Source: the human T2T-CHM13v2.0 reference genome, Homo sapiens. From it: DNA of 64,000 bases. This document shows positions 31,781 through 45,747 of the stretch, in pieces. The stretch lies in assembly GCF_009914755.1 (NCBI RefSeq), contig NC_060930.1. The stretch is one strand, 5' to 3'. The position numbers and the translations under genes are program-made. The notes under the pieces were generated by a model. The model saw only the letters and a program-made list of their open reading frames with translations. It was not told the origin of the DNA and ran no database searches. Every line of letters starts with the position of its first letter. Position 1 is the first letter of the stretch.

Positions 31781-32787
31781 GTAAAATCACCTCAAACTCA
31801 GCATTTTGCAAAATAGCATATGATGTTAATAACATCAATATTAGTGCTAAATAGACTCTCAGAATAGTCAAATTGCTCCTCCTATCTGCTTCCAGTCTTG
31901 GTGCCTTGATGCAGGCCCTGCCCCATTGCTAGTCTAATCCTCTCTAGCCGACATGCCCTTTTCAGTTTCCTCCACTTTAAACCAAATCCTGGTAGAAAAG
32001 GATTCCAATAAGCCGGTGACTCAGAAGCCACAGTGAAAGACGAGCTTTCACACACACATACACAAAAATCGTTTTCATGTTTGCTTTGGGAAAATGTATA
32101 TTGAACATATTTTTCATGAAATCTACATTCTCCAAATCTTAGATTTTTTACTTTTCTCACTCTGGTTAAACACTGACTCTCAAGGTTACTAAATTCATAG
32201 ATGAGAAAAATAACATTTTGTTTGCTAAGATGATGTTCTATTTGAAAGATACATGCTGTTAAACATACCCAACTTTATTTTTTTTTTACTTTTAATAAAT
32301 GGAGCTATAAGAACTAGTAAGAACTTAGTCCTCAGTATTTTTCCTGTTCTATACTTTTATGTTGATATAAAGGACTAGTGAATTGATTTTGTTAACTCCA
32401 GAAAACCCGTTGACACGCTTTTTTATGAAACTCATGATTCTTTGAAAATATTTCTCTCCATCTTACATTTTATTAACAGCAATAAAACATTACTCAGACA
32501 TTTGACCCATCACATGTTAATGACTCATATTTTTATACTAGAACCTGTCACTTGATGTTCCTCTATGTGGAGTATCTGCGGCTTTGATAAGTGTATGGTT
32601 CTGTAGGTAAACTTGACCTGGAAAAGACACAAAGATGACACCAGATTGTAGAACACCTTGATAATGTCAACAATTTTTGCCACAAAGGTCAACATTGTAA
32701 AACAGACATGAGGATGTGAGACAGCTTATACCTACCATCCTTCAGCTGCAATAAGGGCCAGTCTGGGAATAGTTCCACCTTGCCTAG

Positions 32788-33210
32788 TTTATTATTTTGT
32801 TAGGACTGCCATAACAAAATCCCATAAACTGAGTGACTCAAAAACAGAAATGTATTGTCTCACAGTTCTGGAGGATAGAAGTCTGAGCTCAAGGTGTCAG
32901 CAGGGTTAGCTCCTTCTGAAGGCAGTGAGAAAAGGATCTTTTCAGGCCTTTCTCTCAGCTTCTGGAACTTTGTAGTCAATCTTTGGTTTTCCTTGACTTC
33001 TTTTGTATCACCCCAGTCTCTGCCCTCATCTCCACATAATGTTATTCCTGTGTCCAAACTTTCTTTTTCTATAAGGACACCAGTCAAATTGGGTTAGAGG
33101 CCCATCCTACTCCAGTATGGCCTCATTTTAATTAATTACATCTGCAATAACCCTATTCCAAATATGATCACATCCTGTAATACTGGCGGCTCAGAATTCA
33201 ACATATAAAT
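32788..33210 (-). mobile_element. MaLR LTR, MLT1C-like
   Basis: GGACTGCCATAACAAAAT...TATAAGGACACCAGTC...TTACATCTGCAAT. Confidence 0.85.
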
Positions 33211-34158
33211 GTTTGTCATTGCTGTTGTTTTTGATATTTAAATTGAATTTAATTAAATACAAATGTCACCCACTACCACCATCCCAGGAACAATTGCTTC
33301 ATCTTTATTAAGAAAGTGGAAACTAATGATGACTTAAGATTTCATTCTGAGGAATGTGTTTAGACAAGTTTAGGCAAACAGCAAAGACTGAGAAGTTCCA
33401 CCACCAAACCTACAATATTTTGAAAATGCTTGAAACTTTAAACTCCATTCTCCATCTAGCAGTTCAATATGACCTGCCAAAATTTAGTCCAATTAGTCAA
33501 TTCCAAATAATGTAGGCTCCTTGGGGTCTATAACTTTGGGGCTGTGACAGGTCTGTCACAGTGGACCAGGATACATGAGCTTCTCCCTCAGATTCCTTCA
33601 CAATTCAACCCGTAACACCTAGGAATAGAACTCCTGGTCCAGACAAAATGTCTAATGGATAAAACATGGATGCTGACTGTACTTTTTAATTGTATGAAGG
33701 AATCTTTGGCCTACTGTCAGGAAGCCAGCTATAGTCACACAAAGGGGAAAAAAAAAACCGGGATTCTGAGGCCACAGAGCCCCTATCGTTAGAAATGCAT
33801 GGCCCCTGTCAAAGTGCAGGCAGATGAAAGAGTATGTAGACAGTTTGGTAGATACCATTATCATTATTAGAAATACCCAAATGCATGCCCATCTGAAGTG
33901 GTTCAGACTCCTTTTGTTTACAAATAGAGAAATGTTATTGTTGCACAGGGAGTGGTAAAAGTCTCCTGATAAAGATGTGAAGAAGCCATTTAGGATCCCC
34001 TGGAGCCATGTACTTGTTTGACAATGATAAATGGAGATTTCTGCCACTCTCTCATCTCAGTGTCCAGGAAAAGGATCTCACAAGTGAGGTCAAGAATGTG
34101 ATATAGAAAAAGACCAAAAATTTCTCTTTGAATTCCATAGACTTTAAATGTACCGAAC

Positions 34159-35130
34159 TGTATTGGTTTTCTATTGCTGCATAACAAATTATTGCAGCCT
34201 TAGAGACTTAAAACAGGACTCATTTACTGTCTCACAGTTCTGTCAGCCAAAAGTCCAGCACAGCATGACTGGATTCACTGCTTCGGATCTCACCACACTG
34301 TCTTAATCCATTTTGTGTTGCTGTAAAGGAATATCTGAGGCTGAGTAATTTATAAATAAAAGAGGCTTGTTTGGCTCCTGGCTCTGCAGGCTATACAGGA
34401 AGAATGGCACCTGCTGGCATCTGCTCAGCTTCTGATGATGGCTTTTGTTCTGCATCAAATCATGGCAGAGAAGGTCAAAGGGCAAGTAGGCATGTGCAAA
34501 GAGGGACCAAACCTGACAGATGTCCTGGGTTTATAACAACTCACTCTTACAGGAACTGATCCATTCCTCCAGAACCAATCCAGTCTCACAAGAGGGAGAA
34601 CTCACTCAGTACCTTGGGCACCAAGACTTTCACGAGAGATCCACCCCCATAACCCAAACACCTCTCACTAGTCCCCACCTCCCACTACCACCACACTGGG
34701 GATGAAATTTCAGCATGAGATCTGGTGGGAACAAACAAAGCATATTCAAACTGTACATATACTAAAACCAAGGTATCATCCAGGGCTACAATTCCCACCT
34801 GGAGCTCACTGGTTGTTAGCGGAATTCCTTCTCAGACTTTCCACATGACCCCCTCCACCTGCAAGCCAGTAACACTGCATTGGATCCTCACTTGAATTCC
34901 TCTGGCTTCCTTTTCTACTTCCTTTTTGGCTTTTAAAGAACTCATGTGATTACACCAGGCCCACCCAGAAAATACAAGATAATCTTACTATTTTAAAGTC
35001 AGCTTATTAGTAACCTTAATTACATCTGCAAAGTCCCTTCACACCAGTAATTAGATTAGTGTTAAATAGAATAACCAAGGAATGGGAATTTGGGGTGGAG
35101 GGGGGTGGCATCTTTGGAAGTCTGCCTACT
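34159..35130 (-). mobile_element. MLT1 (E/F-like) LTR split by a nested MST LTR
   Basis: TGTATTGGTTTTCTATTGCTGCATAACAAATT at the start; resumes after 34757 to TAATTACATCTGCAAAGTCCC...TCTGCCTAC. Confidence 0.8.
34299..34757 (-). mobile_element. MaLR LTR, MSTB/MSTC-like, nested
   Basis: TGTCTTAATCCATTTTGTGTTGCTGTAAAGGAATATCTGAGGCTG...AAATTTCAGCATGAGAT. Confidence 0.85.
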
Positions 35131-37300
35131 GTAAGATCTAAAACCTCAGACTAAAGGCATTAATATGTAGATAAGTTATATTCAAACATTATTTTAAGCA
35201 ACTAGGAAGAAAGGATAAAACATTATCCAAAAAAAGTAAAAATACACTAACCATCTTAAATGTTTTTGCCATGATTCTGGCTTTAAAATTAAAACCTTAA
35301 CTGATGGAATAAAGGTGAGATGGGAAGAGCTGAGGTCTGGGACTCTTAACTCCACAATTAGTGGTGATGTTGGGGTAGGTAATAATTCAGCCACTCTCAG
35401 GCTCCATTTTCTCTCCTACCTGTGTCATCATCACATAAAAAGTGAATAATATTAATGCTTTGTAGGGTTGTTATGAGAATCAAATGAGATAATTTCTAGA
35501 AAGTGCTTTGTAAGCTGTGAAGTCAAAAGCAAATGTGAAATGTTAAAATTGTCACAGAAAGTTTCTATTTCAGAAAGAACAAGAGAACCCAATTACTCCT
35601 TCCTTCAACAAAATAATTACCCTGGGAGAAAAATGTATTCTGACAAGCAAGAAATCCAAACTTCAGTAGAAGCTTATCCAGCATTCTTGCTAGGGGGTAT
35701 TCCTGTATATGCATGAATGTGTGTTTCAGGAGGATGCACCATGTAAAAATTGTATCATACTAATTCAATGGGCAACATCATAAGGCAAGGTCCCATTCTG
35801 ATGAAAGGAATCTAACACCAAGACCTTAGAGAAAAATCTAAAAGACTCTCCTAGAACCAAGCAACAAGAAGTGAGGCCCTAACAGAGGAAAGAAAAACAA
35901 AGTATTTTCATCACTCAAGAAAATAAGCCATCTGTTGTCACACTGTGCCTGGAAGATCTTTGCAGAATTGTCTGAGTGGTTTAGGTCAGCAAATATAAGT
36001 AATCTCACAAGTGTTCAGGCACCTACTATGTTCCTATTACACCTCTAGCCACTATCTCTCTCGGAACATTATCACTAACATTTATTTCTATGAGAATTAT
36101 TTTGTTTATGCACTTAACGAACATTTATACATCATGAAACGTGTGCAAGGTACTATTCCAAACTCCTTATTAATATTAACTCAAAATGATAACTCATCTT
36201 TATAACACCTTATAAAGTTGAAACTATTATTATTCCTATCTATAGAAAAACCTAATTATAATAATTTATTTCAAAATATTTTTCTTCTAAAACAAAATAG
36301 GGCTTTTTTTCCCCAAAGAGCTTCCTCTCTTTATTTCATCATTCTACAGTTTACATCAAGAAAGAACTGGAAATGCAATGGCTAAAGGCTTTATCCTAGT
36401 ACAAATGACAAAACAGACTGATTTCAGTCAAATCTTTGAAGCAAATGGATTAGCCCTACACAAAATGCTCTGTTTTTAGAGATGCCCTTGTGATTTTCTA
36501 AATAGCATAAGTTTTAATGAAGGAAAGCTTTCTCTCCTCAATACAAAAGGCACCAAGTTTTTTGTTTTTGATTCACTATGTCTCTTGAACAGTGTACTTC
36601 TTTTCTCTAGTTTCAAAGTGTAGACAGTTAAAAATACTTTGATTTTATTCTTACCACTTTCTAATAAACAAAATGAAAATGCTCCATTCCCTGCTCTTAG
36701 CAGGAAAGACATGTTCTTGATATATTTTCTCACACTTTATTTCTCCAGGAAAATTTTCTAAAATTTCTCATTTTTCTGTTTCAAGATTTCTCCAGGAAAT
36801 TTTTCTAAAATTTCTCTTTTATTTTTCTTTTTCAATGTTAGGCCAAAAAAAGTTTTGGAAAAAATATTCCAAAGTGGTAAACTGTTCTGCCTTATTCACA
36901 CCTTGTAAGGCACACAATTAACCCAAGTGTGATATGGTCTAGTAAACTATGCCTAGGTTTGTTCTGAAAGTTCATGGGTGCAAGTGACAGAGACAGAAAA
37001 GGGCCAGGAGCAGGACTGATGTTCCTCGTCTGAGCAGAAAGGTGAAAAGTTTTGTGAATTTAAGTTTTATTTTGTGTTTTTATATTTCAAGTTCTAGCTA
37101 TGTACCAGATGCTTAACATTCATATAAGAATTGTCATCAGGATTAACCAGCAGGCAAAAGTTTATTGTAGGCAAGGGCATATGACATTTGAGACCAGATC
37201 TCCTTCTTTGAGAAGTTAATTTATCTGGTACTAAAATTCTATAAAATTTCATTGAGTTCAAGGGAAAATAACATTGAGAGCTAAGCTGTCAACAAATATG

Positions 37301-37556
37301 AACATGTTATTAATTTGCCTCTCACCCTAACACATTTGAGGTTGTTCTTTTAGCAATATCTAACAGCAAACACCACCACGGTCCCAAGACAATTAGCCCC
37401 AAGCGCTTCAGCCTCAAGACCAGCCCCTGAATTGTGTGTGCTGAGGGCCCAGAGGAAGATAACCCTTAATGTTTGATTTGAGAATTCATTCATTGAGCCC
37501 ATTACAAACCAGGCTTCATGTTTTCTGATAATGTAGGCATTGTTTTGTAAACTTAA
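37301..37556 (+). repeat. Copy A of an old duplicated segment (partner 45415-45747)
   Basis: Shared exact 19-mer AATTTGCCTCTCACCCTAA plus colinear similarity. Confidence 0.85.
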
Positions 37557-37649
37557 GGTGATATAACTGCAGAAATAGAAATAACAGCTACTGCTTGTTT
37601 CACGCTTCCTATGTTCCAGACACTCTAATAAGCATTTTTCAATTATTAA

Positions 37650-37962
<313 letters not shown>

Positions 37963-38249
37963 TAATTATTATCTTTGTTTTAAAAAATGGGAAGAGTGAA
38001 GCCTGAGAGCTTGAGCAAATTGTCCAGGGTAGCAAAACTAGTGAGAAAGTAAGGACTGAAATCCTGGAAGTCTCCTTCAAAGATCCATATCTTAACCACA
38101 CAATTGTGATCAAAATCTTATTTCTAACACAGATAATGAGACCTCCCATCCTTAAAATGGATACCCAAACCTCATCCATGCTGTTTGTAGCAATTCTTAA
38201 CAAGCAGTTCACCTCTATATATTTATGTGTTAGTTGTATATTACCAGGT

Positions 38250-38920
<671 letters not shown>

Positions 38921-39168
38921 AACATTTAATCCAGTTCAGCTGGAGGAATTTCTGTTTTTCATTGTCCAATTGTCTATTACCAAATTTTGATTTTATCTTA
39001 CAATTCTCAAAACTGTCTACTTACTTACATCTTATCTTACCCCCGGTATTCTAAACGATTCTGGCTTTATGTCATCCTTTCTTTCTGCTATTCTGACTCC
39101 ATTACAATGTACCCAAACATGCTGAGCTCATCAGGGCTGGAAACTGATTGGCTGTTGTTAGGTCTAAA

Positions 39169-39766
39169 TGTCAGGGTCAGGGTCCTGGTCCGGGTCTGGG
39201 TCCGGGTCCAGCTCATGTTGAAATCCGAGGGGAGTGAGTGGATGGGTAGAAAGAACACTCGGGGGTCCACAGGCAGGTGAAATGTAGTTTTATTCAGTAG
39301 TTTTCTCATTAGTAGTTTACTCCCATTAGTTCTTTCACACTGTCGATCTTTATCTCGGCTGTTTGCTCCGACTCTGCGGCACCGGCCACCGCCACGCCTG
39401 TAGCTGCACTGCCAGCTCTCCCTTGTCTTCAGGATCAGTAGTTTAACTCTTTCTCTCTCAGGGCACTAGTGTGAGTTGTGTTGTGGTTCACCTCTGTCCA
39501 TCTGTAAGATGGACAGTTTTGGCTTTCTTTCTTTCTCTGGACACTAGTGTCTGTACCAAAGAGTCATGTTGAGCCCCGTGCACAGTGACAATAGGGCAAT
39601 TATACCTTTTACACACAATAGTGGTTCAGAGACAAGTATGAACTTACACAAACAGGTTATGTAACAAATGGAGGTGTGTGTCTTTGTGTCTAACTTGTTG
39701 AGACATATAGGCCTGGATATCCATCTCAGTCTATTCTTTAACCAAAGTACATCTCTGAACCTTGCC
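39169..39766 (-). mobile_element. ERVL LTR, LTR18B-like
   Basis: Reverse complement contains TAACCTGTTTGTGTAAG..CATACTT..CCACTATTGT..TAAAAGGTATAATTGCCCT..CTGTGCACGGGGCTC, recalled as LTR18. Confidence 0.8.
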
Positions 39767-39770
39767 GCTG

Positions 39771-40497
39771 TGTTACTGAATCAAACTTGGGTCTGCCTAC
39801 CTGGCATAGCAAAACCAAATGCTGACAATGGGAATGCAGTGAGAGAAGGTGGAGCATTTATTGCAGGGCTCCAAGCAAGGAGAATCAGGCAGCTAATGCT
39901 TAGACCCAAACACCCCAATGGCTCACAGTAAAGTTTTTAAAAGCAGGCAGGCAGAGGTTACAGGCAGCATCATAAACCAATACATGGAGGCTATACATTG
40001 GTTTGACTTAAAAGGTGGGACATCTCAAAGTGGGGGCCCACAGGTCACGGGTGGACTGAAAGATTTCCTGATTTGTGATTGGTTAGGGAAGCAAAACTTT
40101 GTCTAAAAATTTGGAATCAGCAGAAAAGACTGCTAGCTCCGGCCCGTGGGTGTGACTTCCTCCAGGCCTCTCAGGAAAACATTTAAAAGAAAGAACAGTG
40201 GTCTTCAGTTCCCCCTTATCAGAGGTCTATGTGCCAGTGAATCCATTTAGTGGGGGTCCAGGTTTCTGAAAAACAACTTAGGGACATACGTTGTCTTTAG
40301 TTTCTGCAGGGAAGCAGACATCTTGTGACCTTAACTGTTGTTTGAAGCTACTTACCTTCTTGCTTATAAAGTTGCTCATTTACTTCTCAGGGCTAGGTGC
40401 CCGGAATTTGTCTTGAAGGAACTCAAGATTTTCCTTTATTTTCATCTTTGGGCCAGGAGGCCGGCAGGCCCCTAAGAGGCATCCCTGTTCTGTCTCA
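39771..40497 (-). mobile_element. ERV1-class solo LTR (subfamily unresolved)
   Basis: TG..CA ends. Reverse polyA signal (TTTATT). Near-TSD GCTG/GCTT. MER4-group-like motifs. Confidence 0.7.
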
Positions 40498-40819
40498 GCT
40501 TTTCCAAGTAATCATTCATCCCTATGGTGAGGCTCACCATCAGAAGAAACACGAAAATAGTCTCTTGCCTGAGCCCTGCCCTGTTGCCATGTGATTTCCT
40601 GAATATCCTGTTCCCATTACTTTGACCAAATTAACAAGTAAACAAAGTTTGTTTCAGACTCCGATAGCCAGCACTTCTCCTTGGATCACAGGCCCCAATT
40701 CCCCACACAGGTGTGCCCAGTCATCAGCTGGCTTTTCCATCTCTTCATCCTCCAGGGCTATCTCGTCAAAACTTCCCTGTCACCTGGATCTAATGGAATA
40801 GACTGAGTCAGTCTAAGCC

Positions 40820-41026
40820 ACAGTTTGTCTACCTCAGCACTATCCACACTTGCTGTTGGATGATTCCTTGTTGGAGAGGGCCATCCTGTGAGTTGTAGGA
40901 TGTTGAGCAGCTTCTCTGTCCTCTACACATGAGATGCCATTAGAACTTCCCAGCTGTGACAAATGTGTCTCCAGACATTGCCAACTATTCCCTGGGGTGC
41001 AAAATTATCCTAGGTTGAGGACCACT
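40820..41026 (+). mobile_element. MER20 hAT MITE
   Basis: GTAGGATGTTGAGCAGC...CTCCAGACATTGCCAA...GTTGAGGACCACTG. Confidence 0.88.
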
Positions 41027-41417
41027 GATCTGAGATATTATGACTAAAATTGGCTGAGTAAAATACGTGAGACTTACCAGATAAAACATATGCAGAGATG
41101 TTCAATGCTTCATCTAAAAGAGGTAGTCGATGATATTAGGAGATGAGCAAGAAAGATTTCTGTAGGATGCAATTATTTAATTTAGGTGGTTGTCTCTTCT
41201 GCTGCTGTTTGTCCCTTTTTTGTCCACCAGCTGATTTCTGGGAGAGCAGAGGGGCTCTGCACAGCAGGTTAAGTTTTATTTTCTCAAAGTTGCGAATACT
41301 TGAAGGATCTGGAACAAAGTGGAGGAAAAAGAAAACAGGGTAACTAGAATGGGACAGTATAAATAGTAAACTTTTTTTATGTTTAAGTTGTTTTAGAGTA
41401 TCTAAGGGATGTTAATC

Positions 41418-41900
<483 letters not shown>

Positions 41901-42479
41901 TAACTAGTCAGGGAAAAAATGCTTTCAAAGATATCTCTCCTACTCCATGCTCCCTCAGGGCTTTGTTTTTGTTCCTCTAGTACTTCTCACTTTTCTCTAC
42001 ACTGATTCATGCTAAGCACTGAAGACTTGAAAAGAATCACACACACAGGTACATCTAGCTCTCCATTATCTGAAGGGAAATAATAGAACCTAGAATCAGG
42101 AAGAAAAATGAACTAAGTAGAGATGCCAGCACTTCAGTGAGTAGGAAATTGGCCCAGTCTTCAAGGGGGTTGGGAGGAGATAGGGCTAAGAGAAGCTAGC
42201 AGGAGATCAAACTAGAAGGGATCAAAATTGGAGGGTACCAATAAGATAAAAAGAGGTATTTCTTCAAGAAAGAGATAAATATATTTAAGACAAAATTTGA
42301 ATTTGAGTAAAAACTTGGCCTAAGGCCTTGCAGAAAAATAGGAATCATCTTAAAAAAAATAAAACCATTGTTAGCATTCAAATGTACCTAAGAAAATGTA
42401 ATTCATTGATTACTGCATGAATAATTATTAAGTACCTACTTTTGGTGTCCAGCCTTGCCCAGTGTATCACCCTGATCAC

Positions 42480-42970
42480 CAGCCCACCTTCTCAAAACCC
42501 TTCAGCAGATCTCTGCTGCCTCCTTAGCCTGGTAACAAAGGGCTTCTCTTGTCTGACCCCCATCCTGCCTTCTCAGCCTCACCTTTGCTCTTGATGCACA
42601 AAACCAAGCTACTTGTATTTTCCCTGAAATGCCTTTCCTACTTTTCAACTCACAGTTTCCTCTGCTTAAAATGCACTTTTCCTAGTATCCTGCTCTATTA
42701 AAATTTTACCATCCCCCAAAGCTCAGATCAAATATCCTCTCCTCCATGACCCAATCTCTAATTCCGATTGGAAATAGCCTCTAACTTTGATATTCCACAG
42801 TACCCAGTTTTGCCTCTCTGAGGAACTTTGGGAACTTATCATGAATTATAATAAGCTGTATATATGTTTATCTAGCTACTGAACAAACTCCTTAAGGGGA
42901 AAGAACAAGTTTTATTCATCTTTGCTCTACAAACTTTGAAAATCATGTGTTCAATAAACATTTGGTGACT
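42480..42970 (+). mobile_element. L2 3' fragment
   Basis: CTCAAAACCCTTCAG...GCTCAGATCAAATATCCTCTCCTCCATGA...GTTCAATAAACATTTG. Confidence 0.65.
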
Positions 42971-44430
42971 CAAGTTGAAATTTGAGTGCTCGACACCTTC
43001 GTTTTTAAACATGAAGTAAAACCTAAGCCAGCATAAAAATTTCCACTTTTTGATATATTCTGCCAAAATCTTAATAACATTGGCATTTGTAGAACACTTT
43101 TTAATTTCTGAAGTGCTTTATAAATATGCTCTAATTAACCCTTCAATGGCACTGACCTTATGGTATCAGGTAACGGGGTGATGATTTCATACCCCATGGA
43201 ATAATACTATAGAAACTTTCCATAAAGGGGCAAAGTTAGATGCTTCCCAAAGCACAGGGAAAAGTGGGAAACCAGCAGGTTCCAAACCAAATGGCCTGCC
43301 AGTCACCACAGGAGGGGCTGAGTTGGAGGAGGTAAACATTATGAACAGCAAAGACTTTCTTTTCTGTTGTGTTTTTTTTTCTTGTTACAATTGATGACAT
43401 TTTATCCCTACTTCTAAGTGCTAACTTTCACAAATTCTAGAATATAATTCAAGTCTTCTATAGTGTAGCATCATTGTGTATAAAGTAAATATCCCAAATT
43501 CAAAAATATAAATCAGTGTATATCGTTGTATTCAAGAGAGAGAGAGAAAAAAACAAACACCAACCTTGTTCAATGCATTGAAGAGCATAATAAAGAGGTA
43601 GCCAACTTTAGGCCAAACCATTATGTATACATTTAGATTTCTGTACAGACATATTAAAAAACCAATTCTTCATTTTAACACAAGGAGTTACTAAGGTTTT
43701 TCTCTATATATTACGTTTAGTATATAATTCACAAAAACTTTGGTTTCACATAACTTTTTAGGAACATACTTACTTACTAAATTCAGACACATCTGTACAT
43801 AGGTTGTAAGAAGTTCCCTGACCGAACAGAATCCTTCATACATCCACAGCGTGTCTCAGGGCTTGTGTTTGACATGATCCACAGCTGCAGCAGATCCTTT
43901 TTCTTGGGAGCCTCCATTCCTGGCTTCAGTCACACTGTTTCCCTTGTGGAGTTCTTGCAACTGAAGAGCTTCAGGGTCAGGTGCTGCATAAAATGTTTAC
44001 CGGTTCTCTCCCTATCCTATTCACTCACTCCTCTAGGATATCATAGAATTGTGTTTAACACAATTTATTTCAACATTAATTGAACACCTACAGTTTGCTA
44101 AACACCATATCTCCTTTAAACATCTATGGCATTTCCTTGTATTATAGTTAAACGTGTACAAAAGTGTTTCTAAAAACTTGTGGGCATTTTGATCACAGAG
44201 ATGATATTATTATCAACATATCTGTTAAGGAGTTTCATGCATACTAAACCCTTTGTTTAAATTTGATAACACTTGAGCACATTTTCCCACAGAAGCAATG
44301 TTGAACCCAATAGCTATGCTCTCAGGTCAGAGAATAAGGATGTATTCAGTTGGCCAAGAAAGGTAATTGAGCTATCGCATTAAAATTGCTTGTGGCTTTC
44401 TAAACTGCTTTTTAAGAAAGCATCTGAAGG

Positions 44431-44919
44431 AGAGCAGGATGGTGCTAATCAGAGGCTGATGGAGTGAGGTAAATGGGGAGATAGTCAAAGGGTAAAAAGC
44501 CTCAATTAGATTTTTATTTCTTTGAGATATATTGTGCAACATAGAGAATATAGTAAATAATAATGTCCTGTGAATTTCAAAATTGCTGAGAGTAAATTTT
44601 ACCTGTTTTCACCACAAAAAATAAATATTTGAGGTAATAGACATGTTAATTTACTTGATTAAATTATTTCACAACAGCTATAATTTGTCAAGTTACAATT
44701 TAAAAAATGATATTTAAAAAAAACTAAGCTGGGCATGGGGGTGCAATACTGTAGTCCTAGCTACTTGGGAGGATGAGGTGGGAGGATTGCTTGAACCCAG
44801 GAGTCTGAGGCTATAGTGTGCTATTATGTCTGTGAATAGACACCGCACTCCAGCCTAGGCAACATATCGAGACCATCTCTAAAAAAAAAACCTAACACAA
44901 CAACAACAAACAAACAAAA
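44431..44919 (+). mobile_element. 5'-truncated L1MA 3' end carrying a FAM in its A tail
   Basis: L1MA 3' UTR (AAATTGCTGAGAGTAAATTTT). TSD ATCTGAAGG at 44422-44430 and 44920-44928. Confidence 0.8.
44727..44890 (+). mobile_element. FAM fossil Alu monomer
   Basis: Monomer with the 7SL-like CTGTGAATAG...CACTCCAGCCT segment. Confidence 0.85.
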
Positions 44920-45126
44920 ATCTGAAGGTGATTTCACGATATGTACATCATCCCTATAAGATAAAGATGCAAATCAGTTTTTGTAATGATATCAGACTTA
45001 TGTATAGTGGTAAAAATTAGAAACAACTATGTGTCCAGTAATAGAGAATTATTTATTAAATGTACCAATAGTTTATATTTTAGTCATATGCTAGGATACC
45101 ATTCAACCATTAAAAATTGTGTTGTA

Positions 45127-45342
45127 CATGTACACAAGGAGGAGAACATCATATACCAGGGCCTGTTGGGGGTGGGGTACAAGGGTAGGGAGAGCATTAG
45201 GATGAATATCTAATGCATGCGAGGCTTAAAACCTAGATGACAGGTTGATGGGTGCAGCAAACCACCATTGCACATGTATACCTATGTAACAAACCTGCAC
45301 ATTCTGCACATGTATCCCAGAGCTTAAAGTATAATATTTTTT
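45127..45342 (+). mobile_element. Short 5'-truncated L1PA 3' end
   Basis: GGGTGCAGCAAACCACCA...TATACCTATGTAACAAACCTGCAC. TSD TAAAAATTGTGT(T/A)GTA. Confidence 0.92.
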
Positions 45343-45414
45343 TAAAAATTGTGTAGTAAAAATTACTGTATTGTTATGTAAAAATATTGATATATATCAT
45401 TAAGTGAAAAAATT

Positions 45415-45622
45415 AACATTTTATAAATTTGCCTCTCACCCTAAAATATTTGGGTTTCTCTTATGACAATATTTAACAGGTAATCACCCCTATGATCCTA
45501 AGAAAATTGATCCTAACTGCTGTGGTCTCAAGACCTGTTTCAGTATGTATGTGTATATGTATGTATATGTGTATTCATATGCATATGTGTGTATGTGTAT
45601 GTGTATGTGTGTGTATGTGTAT

Positions 45623-45665
<43 letters not shown>

Positions 45666-45747
45666 GCCCAGATCATTCTTTAATGCTTGATGGGGAATTG
45701 ATTCCTTGAGTTCCTGATAATGAGAAAAAAGTTATTTGTAGACTTAA
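45415..45747 (+). repeat. Copy B of the old duplicated segment, containing a (TGTATG)n/(TG)n microsatellite at 45544-45663
   Basis: Colinear similarity to 37301-37556 on both sides of the microsatellite. Confidence 0.85.

Noticed and set aside
33652-34047. 131 aa minus-strand ORF in unique DNA
   Set aside because: It has a non-ATG start, no recognisable domain and no supporting splice or promoter signals. Its length is compatible with chance.
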